Shown: one piece after another, positions 39,461 to 50,390 of the stretch
How the letters are laid out: each line of letters starts with the position of its first letter
Position numbering within the stretch: the first letter of the stretch is position 1
NCBI GenBank assembly: GCA_051362555.1
Contig: CM120640.1
Location: 8,928,001 to 8,992,000, forward strand
DNA: 64,000 nucleotides
Source: Lingula anatina
Lineage: Eukaryota > Animalia > Brachiopoda
Direction of reading: 5' to 3'
Program-made: the position numbers and the translations under genes
The notes under the pieces: generated by a model
Told to the model about the DNA's origin: nothing
What the model saw: the letters and a program-made list of their open reading frames with translations, nothing else
Databases searched by the model: none

Positions 39461-41731
39461 CAGATCGCACATTTAATTTCCAACTTATTCAAAACGTCGT
39501 TAAGTTTTTTACAAACATAATAACGAAGGAAAATGCTTTTCTACACTTCATTTTTTTTTAATCAAATAGCCCAATAAGAAGACAAAACATTAAAGATAAT
39601 TGACAATTCTTCTCTGAGGTTTTGCGACAAATTTTGCCTTCGATACTTTAACAGTGCCGCTTTTGATAACAGTATTGAGTATACCAGAAAAATACAATTA
39701 ATTGAAACTAACATTTAACATACCCTCTCCCACGGACAAAAAGTAAAATAAGAAAAGAGAGAACGCTTAATTACATCGTTTTTCTATGGGTTTTTAATGA
39801 TGCAACACATTATTTGAATAATACTTTTATCTTAACTATATGAAAAGCAGTTGTTTACCATCAAAATTCAAGGAGAGCAGGTAGTCTGGATGATTGGTGC
39901 TATATATTGGCCAAACTGCTCAGAATGTGGAAAAAGCATGAAACTTGCCACAAATGTTCTTTGGACTATGCTGATCATTTTCAAGGGTAGTGCCCAAAAT
40001 GGTTCTTTTTGATGGATTCACCTATGCCCCCACCTCTCCCCCGATAAATCCAGTCCTCAAATGGTGACAACAAACGTAAAACACTGAAAAAAGCATAGAG
40101 TGTTATTGGTATGGAATGATCTATCTATTAAAGTTGCTTTTGGTTCCGTTCCATTAACATTTCATCCAATATCAATATTTTAAACTCATTCAGAATTCTG
40201 CATGAAAGACACCCTCCCAGGATGGTTTCAGATTGCCTTTGATCTATAGCCACCTTTCGCCATAAACACTTTCCTTGTCTTCTCGAATGATTGTTCATAA
40301 AACCATCATTCATATAGCTTTAATGCTAAAAACGTTGCAAACATCATGGGGAACAATCTCAAAACAAAATTTTTCTGTATCCAAGTCATAACCACAAACC
40401 CTTTCTGTACTAGTAGCTACTTAGTAACCACTATTGACAAATTGAAAACAGCTTTAAAGTTGTTTTATCAGATCAACCTGCTCTTTATTCTCTTCCAGAG
40501 TATCAGTTACTATTAGTATCAGTTATGTATCTTATTTTCCATAGAACTTAGAGCAAACTCATGTATTACTGTAATTGTCATATTCCCCATTGCTTCATTT
40601 GTTTGATAAAGGGGAATTAAGAGTAAAAACAAAATAAGTAAAATACTCAAGAAACTTTGGGAAGCAATAAGGAATTTATTGTCACTCTTCATCACAAAGC
40701 AATTTCCTATGTAATAATGTATTAATATGTATCTTTAGTCCTTTGATAATTATATATTGAAAATCTGAGTGCTCCAGTTTTCAAGTTAAGAAATTATTTC
40801 TCCTGTAAAAGAAAAAGATAACTCTGAGCTTCAGCCCTAGAAAAATGGGATGTCATAGATTATTTTCTTTTCAAAACTGAATCTTAAAAACAATCCAATT
40901 AACGTGAATATTTTACATGGGAACATATTTTATCTTACCACTTTGTGTTAAAATATAAAATAAAATGATACATGACAGAGTAATACATGTAGAAAACAAT
41001 TAACTGTAGATCTTCCAGGATGGACACAAAAATATATTAATCTAGATCTAAATTAAATGCAAAAAGAAAAGTAATGATTTTTTTTTAAGTGCTGGAAAAA
41101 TTTGAACATAAAATACCAGGTGGTTCCCTTGTAAAAATTAAAAATTTATATAATTTTTAGTTACAAAACTAGGTGAAAAAATATAATTCTGATTAACTCT
41201 ATGTCAACTCAATATAAAATATATATATATCAAGATAAGGAATGTTTCCACGTAAATATGAACTGATTACAGTATAACCTAATAACACCTTCAATTATTA
41301 TTTCGAAAGATTAAAATATGGAAGACAAATCAAGATGCTGATAAGTTTATGCATTTTCAAGCTGCTTCACTGGTGATTCTGGGAACAGAACTAGAAAGCA
41401 CAAAAACAAATTGTCCACCTAAGCATTACAAAGTTTTTTCTTTAGAAATTTACTCCATTGTGTAGCACATTCACAGGCATCATGGCACTATTTCCACTTT
41501 TGATTTTGGTTCAAGAGATAATCCTGCACATATCCCATGTCAACAATACATGGTTGTTTTTTCTTCATTCAATGAATACATCACTCCTCTTTCCACGTGG
41601 ATTTATATTTTAGGTGTGCAATAGTACTTTCCCATCAGTACAGTTTTGGGTTTAGTGATAGGCACCTCTCAGTCTATTCCTATTCCGTCATTTGGATTCA
41701 GGTTAACTATTTGCACATTGTACAACTGTTA

Positions 41732-44700
41732 TTATTCCATCTTCTTTCTTTCAGGTTCAGTGATATTTTCATCCCAATCTGGCCAAAAGCGTTCTTTCAT
41801 TCTGTAGCAATATTCAGTGAGGTTTGGAAATTCCTCTGAAAGTTGAAAAGAAAATTACTTCTGGTTAATTGGTAACAGAAAACTGGTTTGGTATATCTGG
41901 TTTCATGAATCAGTGAAATAAATGTGAAATGCAGTTACTTTGTTTCATTTATTTCACTCATTTAAAGAGATAAAATGCAATGAATACTGTAATTCCATCC
42001 AGGAGAGTTTGGAACTGTCAACAACCATCATCTCCTCCCCCTTGCTTGTCTAAAAACTTTACAGAAGGGACATCACATAAGACTGCAACAGTCTTGAACA
42101 GATATTGCCACACAGTAGTCAAACTTGACATCCAAATCACGCAGATGTGGATTGGAGTGATATCAACAGATCAGATCCAAATGTGGATTGTTTGATATTA
42201 ACAGATTCCAAAAAAGAATGGTGTCTAACAAACCATTTGTTGTAGACAAACATGTGAGATGCACTTTGACTATATTAGATATGGTCCCTCATAAACTGCA
42301 TTCCCACAGATTTAGATCAATCCATCTGGATCGACCTAACTCCCTGGGGGTTCACGCTTAAAGCTGTCAGCTCAAGAGGCTTAAATGTCTGTCACGCCTA
42401 CCAAATCAGCTAGGGTAAAGATAATTACCCCCTAACAGCTTTACTAGGCTAACAGACATTTAAGCCAGCCAAGTTGACAGAATTTTAGTGAGACTCCCCA
42501 TGGGGATAGATCAATCTAAATATCTGTGGGAATGGTCTCATAGTGTTATGTGACCACTGCCACACTGACCAATGAACCTACCTTTGATCCACTTCTCATG
42601 TGGAGAATTTGGCATATGCCAGACAACTTGGGCCAGCATACCAAAGATGGCGCAGTCCGTCTCACAGGGCTCATCCCCCATCAGGAATGGCTTCTGACCT
42701 GAAATTATCAGTGGGTCATCCTCATACATTAAGTTATGGGCATTGCCTAAATTTTATTAGTAATTAGGTTGATGTGAACAAAACAGCATTTATAACTAGT
42801 AAAAGGATAAAAAATCAAATAGAAGAATTTTAATAGGGTGCAAAAAGTCTAGCCATAGGCTTGCTACTTCCTTGAGTAGTTGTTAAAACAAAGTGTAAAG
42901 AGATGTTAAACATCAGATCCAATAAATTTAGTATTGACTTGTTATTAAAACCATCCATGTGATAATGACAAAATGTATCAGTAACTAAAAAAAAAAAAAA
43001 AAAAAAGCTAAAACCATAACATGCATTATTCTCAATAAGTATCAATGATAATAAAACAATACATCTCTACAATTAAATCTACACCTACAAACAAAATATC
43101 TAAAACATCTCTAAAAATTGCACAAAAACAGCAATTAAAATGACAATATATTTTTTGTGCTTAAGTTACATGAAAATTAAATCCGACTTTAAAGATTTTT
43201 CATTTGTAAGTCATCTTACAAATGGTTGAGTAAAAATTCTTTAAAAAATCATTTGACTATATAAAAAGTAAAAAATCAAATAAAATTAATACATTTCTCT
43301 CTTCTGATCATGAATTGGCAAATCCTAAAATTAAGCAGGGTCATCTAGCACTGCAGTACATAGGGAAGGAATGAAGAAAGTTAGTCTATATAGCATCCCC
43401 AGTACCTGAACCACAAGATGCAAGATGTAAGCCTAATTGATGTAACTATAAGCCTGATTTGGTATAATTTGGTTGGAAGTATATGCAGAAGAACCATCTG
43501 AAGTTTCTCCGACATTATACACCTTTAACAGATTTTTCTCCCAAAAGGATTTTCCCTGCATAACACTTAAGAACACTGCATAAAAGGAAACAGCTGAAAA
43601 TATTAAATAAATAAATTAACAAATAAATAAATTTGGATAAAAGATGTTTTTTTAAACAGTGATCATTATGCTATCAAACTTGCTTCTGAATTAAAATACT
43701 CCAAAAACAAACATTTTAAAGACAAATTTCTACATCAGCTTGTATCTTGTTGGAAGAACTAAGCTGGCTCTCAAAGAAGCGAGGTGTGTTATACCATAAG
43801 CAGAACCAAATGTTAGACTGTCTTGTATTGATGCTGTTGACCTGTGCAAATTTTAATTAAAAATTTGAAAGACTAGATTACGTAAGTTGATATAAGTGAA
43901 TATTTGAATGTTAAAAAACTTGTATTCTGTCCCTTTCATTGAGGTATGATGAATAGATTTCAAACAAATATTTTTACAATTCACAGTCTATCAAAAGCAC
44001 CAATTACCTCACTAACTAAGCACACGGGACCTGGTAAACTAATTTAGTCCTTACTCAGATATTTAGACAAAGCTTCAAAATCTTGTTTTCCAATCTTATA
44101 AATATCTTCTCTACTGTGACGCCCTATTCCATGTCCTTTCATTGCAGACAGTATTCTGCGCCTGACCAGTGGAAGGATAAGACGAAGAAATAACCCTCCT
44201 TGAGGAATCAAATACATCAGAACCTCAGTCTCCCCATATAACCAACGATGACAAACAAGGGCCCTGAAAATGCACAATATCAATACTGCTACTAATCATA
44301 TTTATTTTAGTAAGTTCATAAGATACCTCCAACAGCAAGTTCTCTTTCCCAGCTTTAAGTCTGTAATATGAAGCATGACATGGATTGGAAGGAGTTTTCA
44401 AGACCTCTGAATTGCACATGATATTGGGGAAACACATTTGAATACATTTTTTTACATTGAAGTTAATGAAATGGTTTCCAAAGTATGACTATCTGTTTTC
44501 ATGCAACAGCAGTTCACATACCTTTTGTAAAGACTTGCCTATGTTATACAGACATCAAAACACATATATGAGGGCAAACCATATCATAGCTTTAAATCCT
44601 TTTTTTACCTAGAGCATGTATCAATTTTTTAAAGATCTCAACTTTCATCCTTCAATATTTTGGGCTCCAAATTGAAAACCAAATCTCGGATATTCTTATG

Positions 44701-47700
44701 AATGCTACAAATAAAGACACTTCTTTATCAATTATCTGACATTGCCTGCAGTTCATATAGCACAACACTTTTTCTCTGCCATGGAGTCCCATTTCATAAT
44801 CACAAGATTGGTTCTGCAGTAGGCATCTGTAACACAATTATCTTAGACCTGTGAAGCAGTGGTCTAAAAAAGCTGCCATATTTCCAACGTTGGACAATTA
44901 TGGTTTGAAATGTCATCATGAATCAGTAGATATAACATGAATAAGCAGAGTCCAGAGCTGATGACTGTCACATCTATTGACATCTATATAACCATGCAAT
45001 GACTGAAAATATTATTTGTTTTGAGGAGTTATTTTAAAATGACACAGCTACAAAAACGAGGTATCTTGATACATTAATAATAGGGGCAATAGAAAGAAGG
45101 ATCCAAGTACCTACTGATCTGCCGACTAAATATGGTAGACCACAGTTCAAAAGCAATGCCGCTGATACCTGATGGTCTCCCCGACTCCACATGCGCCTTT
45201 AAACAGATAAAATCTCTGCTCCAAAGTTTAATTGCTAGGCCCCTGCAGCAAAGGCGTGTGTGGAGGAGGGGAGACCACCAGGAATCACTTTTGAACTGTG
45301 GTCGACCATATTTAGTCGGCAGATGAGTAAGTACTGGGATCATCCATTCTGAATGGGGCCATAGATTAATGATCAATTTAATTTGCTTTTTGTGATAAAG
45401 AGCAGTGTATTTCTATGCTTGTGAGCTATATTCTACTATTTAATTTGCTTTTGTGATACAGAGCAGTGTATTTCTATGCCTGTGAGCAATATTCTACTAT
45501 AAGTCTATATAGGCAGTGTGTGTGTGTATAAATATATACAAAAACATCTTATATTACTATTTAAAAAATTAAATGAAAATCAATACTTATAACATGCAGA
45601 TTGGAAGTTAGTATTAGGGCAAAGTAAGTGCTTTTAGTAACAGATATCAAATGGATAAATGCATTATAGGATCAAGGATGGCATGCTCCACACTGTAAAA
45701 AAAAAAAAAAAAACACCAAACCTAATACCTAAAAAATCAGACAGAGAGTTTAAGTCATTAAAGCCAATGTGAAGTATGTCATCCTTAGCGTGCCTCCCAA
45801 TGCCATGACCCCACATTTCTTGTTGAATATTCCTTCGTATCAATCTGGACAGTAACCACCGAACTAGACCTTTGTATGGTATCACTCTGTATAAAGCTGT
45901 AAGATCATCTCCAAATGTGACATAGCACATAGTCCTGTAAAACCAAACCAATGACAAAAACTTTTATCATTGGACTGTTCGGTTAAAAGATTACCAAGAA
46001 GGAAAATAAAAAGATAGGCTAAAAACAATATTTGAAACAATGGAACAGAATATAAAAACGTTTACATTATTGCTACACAAACCTGTATTGTGAATCTTTG
46101 TCTAATCACACTCATTAAAATATGCAAAAAATGACTAAGACTCCATTGTGGTATAAAAAAAAATATCTGGCTATGGGCAATGCAGAAGCAATAACTTTCA
46201 ATCATCAAATGTGTAAGTGAGCAGTCTACAAAGATGTTTCAGTGATAAGTATAAATATCAACAGCAAAAATATCCAGTTATTTAAATAACCATAACCTAT
46301 CAATAAGTCATAGTTATGAAAAAAATAACATGGAATGAGGAACAACAGACTTAACTGTAACTTGACATCAGTGCTACTTACTGCTAACTTGGACAACCCC
46401 ACTTTAATTCCAATGGGCTTTAAATCATGATTATAGTTATCAACATTATAGTAAAAGCTTCTTTATTAAAAGAAAGAAATATTGGATAGTTGTCAGATCA
46501 TTACTTTCAATGAATATATATATATATATATATATACTAAAATATCAATAACTTGCTTACTGGCCTGTAGAAAATTTAAAGAATCACTAACATTTTTTTC
46601 TTTTGGAGATTTTAATCCAACTTAAACATTATCACTAAAACTTTGTTTTTCTTTAAATTTCTCACCAATAGAGATTCTCCTCTGTCATCTTCTGGAAGGC
46701 TCTGGCAATGGCCTTCTGTTCAGCAGTGAGGTGGGCATTAAGATCTATACCACGTTCCTTGTTCAGGTACTCAATACAGAACTGAGAATCTGCCACTACC
46801 ACACCATTGTATTCCATCCATGGCGTCTTCCCCTTGGATGAGAATTTGCCTGTATGGTCATTCTGAAATTAAAGTTGGTACTACAGTAGTAATCAATAAA
46901 CAACATGCTGAATTTTTTAAAATGGCTTTTGCTAATGCCCCTATTTCACACAGACCACGAATCCCACGAATCGCCAGGAATTGACAAATTTCAGGATTCG
47001 TGATTGAATCGTAATCAGTCGACTAATCAGTTCGTGAAGTTCTTAACAGATTCGTATATATACGTAGTCAGTTCTTGCAATTCTTGATCAATCACGAACT
47101 GAATACGATTCAACAACGAATCCTGAAATTTGTCATTTCCTGGCAATTCGTGGGATTCGTGGTCTTTGTGAAACAGGGGCATAAAAGAGAGTACCTTTTA
47201 CTAAGAACTTGATCCTTTCCAAGCTAATAGAAAAATGTCTCCAGATGTCTTGCAGTCATGCACAATGTAAGTTTATCAAAAAACAGATTGTCAATTGTCA
47301 TCTTAAACTTGATCTCACTATGACTACGCTATCTATACTTAAAATTTCAATGTCAAAAATCTTATATCAGATCATTTATTGCATACCTCATAAGGAATTT
47401 TAGCCATCCTTAGATATGTTTCCAGTTTCAATGGAAAAGGTGAAATACTTGGTGCTTTGGGACCCCGCCCTATCTGATACAGGATCACTGTGTCTTTTGG
47501 GGCAATTTTCTTCTCTCTGAAATATCAAAATTTTACATTCAACCAAGTTGTTCAATGTATGTGCTGAAGAAGGGTTTTTCACCAAAAACAGCTTATCATC
47601 ACAGTTTTACATCAGGGTTTATATGCTGGACTGAAATCCATGAGTAAAAGGGTAAGCACAGTGCATTTCAGCATAGTGTGCAGGTGTGAAGGATGCAGAG

Positions 47701-49972
47701 AGACTCCTTAATTAGAACTAAAATACTGACACAATCAAAGTGTATGTGCCAATGTCAGCATAAACAAACTTAAGTGACAATAAATGAGAGTTTATAATCT
47801 GACGGGTAAAATGACATTGATGGAAAATGGTGACTTATAACTTAAAATCAGATACATCCAGTGTCTGTATATTAAAATTTTTGAAGTGTACACGACAAAA
47901 ATATGAAAAAAATCAGAGCCTTTATTATATATGCAGTAACATCTGTGAGCCTAGTTCAATAACTCAGTGACAATATTCAGTACTTATCAACCAATCAGAT
48001 CAAACAAAGTTACTCAGTGATATAATGGCATTTCTCTTATGTATGAAGTTCAAGATGGTCATCCTGGTCACACAATAAAATAGCAGATCTAGCTACTATC
48101 ATGTTTCTAGCACTCTCAAAAGGACCATCAAAACAAAATGTGGGCCTATTCCCTCTCCCCCCCTTTCTTAGTTAAAAAAAGAAACAGTTTCCTAGATCTG
48201 CCAAAGAGCAAAAGTAAATGGCTGCATGTGCAGAATTCAGAAGTAGTCATTTCATGCCATGTCAAACAGTATGTAACTTACCTTTGAAAGTATGCCAAAG
48301 CTTCTTAAAAAGATGAAAAATAAAAGGAAGTTAAAATCTTATGGGCCATTTGGGCATTTTTTAAATCAGGTGAGATGCAGTTTCTAGTAGCAATACCATA
48401 AACTACCCTTTTCTTCAATGATTTTCTGCCAACTGGGGGTCATGACTTCAGCACAGAAGATTTATGATAAATCTAGGATACTATAATACATATTTTATAT
48501 GCAATAACAACAACGACAATCTGATTCTACCTACAACAGCTGAGCAGTTCTGATCAAGGCAACCTGTACAGAGCTATCTAGCTGTTTACTCTGAAGACAG
48601 CCAACATTTATGGGTTATGTAATCTTAGACAGGGTTCCCATACTTAGACGGTCCCCAAAACTCCCTGAAAGTATCAAGGTATATACCAAGATTATTTGAT
48701 GAATCAAAAAAAAAAAAAAAATGTTTTTCCAAGCCTGCACTCTCTAAATAAGCCTCAACAGAGTTTAATCAACAGTGATTCACCTCCATATAACCGAGTG
48801 CTGTTATGTACCTTGATGAAACCGGTTCTATAGTTTCTATGATGTGCTTACTCAAAGTCACCTGCAGCTCAGATATCCAGTTAATGGTAACTTTATAAGA
48901 CTAGTCCATTGGTGATCCACTAAATTGTGTAAGCACAACCAATCTCAATAGAAAACTTTATCGAACATAGTGTATTTGGCCTTGAATATATTAATAGTCA
49001 ACAGAATATGATGTATGCAAATTCATGGAGTTGGTCCGTTTTCTTACGTTAAACTAGTGTTGCTTTATTTGTAATGTGTACACCTGTAATTTTGTATTTT
49101 CATCTCATATCATATATCTTTCTCTATAACAATAAGTGTTAAAGACAAATAATACTTGATATTAATTAAGAGGCATACCCAGCCAATATTGTTCAACTGA
49201 ATTTGATAAATCATGTAAAGAAAATGACAAAGAAAACAAATTGCAATATGATTAAAGTGTTAATTGCCTAACAATGAGAAAAGAAAAGAAATTTATCTTA
49301 GATAGAAATAAAAAGGTTAATAATTTGTAGTAAGGAAACTGAAATAGTGGTTTTAATCCACATCCACCCACCCCCTATCACAATATTTTTGATATCCAAA
49401 GAATGTAATACATTTACCATTTCATGTCACAATATACCAAAAATATAAATGACAAAATTGGCATGTAAAATAAGATAAATGTTGAAGCAAGTTTCTCTTA
49501 AACAAACCTGCTTAGAAAACATATAAGCTTCTATGTGTAAAGGAATTTCAGTGTCAAGTTCTACGCATCTACAATTTCATCTATTCAGTGTATGACGCCC
49601 CACATTGCGACTATAAGTCATGATTAGTACACTAGGAACTTTTAAACCTGAGCTCGGTCCTAACAGTAAAATAGGAGAGACTGACTTTTGCCATTCAACC
49701 ACACAGCATGAATTTTGCCGCATCTTGCACAACCACAAGCGTGACTCTGCATTGCAGCTGCAAGTTCTGTCGCAGTTGTGAAATCAGGCGTACATGTAGA
49801 TCTACATTATCTGATGTATTTTTTAAAGCCATATTTTTGCCAGGCCCAGCCCACTATTTTCTATATACCTTCTTGTGAGCCTCTTCACAATAACGTATCC
49901 TAAAACAACGCTTGCCACGGAGCAGCCAACTTTAAACCACAAGGTTCCCATTACATCTCTGAGCCCCTCCAT
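41732..49972 (-). CDS. FAXC: Failed axon connections homolog (FAX/metaxin-like GST fold), gene A, about 285-286 aa
   Basis: Exons: E1 49972-49869 (MEGLRDVMGTLWFKVGCSVASVVLGYVIVKRLTR); E2 47516-47387; E3 46862-46666; E4a 45934-45729 or E4b 44263-44055; E5 42698-42582; E6 41835-41732. All introns are GT-AG, and the CDS is in frame with exactly one exon 4 (858 or 861 nt). Confidence 0.92.
42299..42537. mobile_element. MITE (same family as 34722-34932)
   Basis: TIRs CATTCCCACAGAT / ATCTGTGGGAATG, plus internal homology to the 34722 copy. Confidence 0.75.
44055..44263 (-). CDS. FAX gene A variable exon 4b (209 nt)
   Basis: tttcag|G ALVCHRWLYGETEVLMYLIPQGGLFLRLILPLVRRRILSAMKGHGIGRHSREDIYKIGKQDFEALSKYL A|gtaag. 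Confidence 0.9.
44725..44905 (-). pseudogene. Degenerate exon-4 copy (pseudo-exon) in FAX gene A
   Basis: The minus strand gives TIIVQRWKYGS..., YEMGLHGREKVL and ELQAMSDN, collinear with TLVMQRWLYGT, HGIGRHSKEEVL and DLKALSDY. It has frameshifts, a stop codon and a decayed acceptor (catttcaa). Confidence 0.65.
45081..45363. mobile_element. Palindromic MITE between exons 4a and 4b of gene A
   Basis: Long inverted arms ATCTGCCGACTAAATATGGTAGACCACAGTTCAAAAG / CTTTTGAACTGTGGTCGACCATATTTAGTCGGCAGAT. Confidence 0.8.
45377..45500. repeat. Tandem duplication of about 61 bp
   Basis: TTTAATTTGCTTTTGTGATA..GAGCAGTGTATTTCTATGC.TGTGAGC.ATATTCTACTAT occurs twice. Confidence 0.9.
45729..45934 (-). CDS. 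FAX gene A variable exon 4a (206 nt)
   Basis: ttacag|G TMCYVTFGDDLTALYRVIPYKGLVRWLLSRLIRRNIQQEMWGHGIGRHAKDDILHIGFNDLNSLSDFL G|gtatt. Confidence 0.9.
46936..47181. mobile_element. PIF/Harbinger-like MITE
   Basis: Long TIRs TGCCCCTATTTCACACAGACCACGAATCCCACGAAT... / ...ATTCGTGGGATTCGTGGTCTTTGTGAAACAGGGGCA, with a TAA target-site duplication. Confidence 0.88.
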
Positions 49973-50260
49973 TGCGACTTTTCAGATGTCGCTGTCCTGG
50001 GACATAGGACTGCGCCACAAGGGGTATTTGGTTTTCTATCATAAATGCTCTGGGCCTACTGTTTGGAACTAAGTCAAACTAAATTTTCAGTTTGATAATG
50101 GAGTTACATTAACATCACATAGTGAAAATATTTAAGTTCTGTACCTATGGAAATCATAGTTTGTTTTCTACCTAACTTCCTAATGCCTCCCGCACAGAGA
50201 CGAGTCTACGATCAAGCCGTCATGTTGACCTCTAGTTGACCTCATTCTGACTGAAAATGG
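49973..50260. promoter_or_regulatory. Promoter region of FAX gene A, probably bidirectional
   Basis: Lies upstream of the gene A ATG. CpG is raised from about 50190. Contains TGACCT-ctagt-TGACCT (50226-50242) and a YY1-like AAAATGGCTG on the + strand at about 50254. Confidence 0.5.
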
Positions 50261-50390
50261 CTGCCAGGTGTTTGGTTTCGTGATGCCGCCCAAATCCATT
50301 TACAGTTTTCTCTGCTAGACAAACATAACTTTACTGCAACAATAAGAGAGTGACAAGATCAACCCAAGAAGAAAACGCACAGTAGTATGG
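50250..50390 (+). other. Probable first exon of an unidentified + strand gene
   Basis: YY1/TSS-like motif and CpG-richer sequence, then a good donor ATGG|GTAAGC at 50390/50391, followed by 13.6 kb of intron-like T/G-skewed sequence. No coding exon was identified. Confidence 0.35.

Noticed and set aside
43480-43560. tgcag|GKILLGEKSV as a degenerate exon 5
   Set aside because: A stop follows almost immediately and there is no DCAxFGxL motif.
30281-49972. Genes A and B as uncollapsed haplotypes
   Set aside because: Introns, exon 1 and exon 4a are far too divergent, and the TE content differs.
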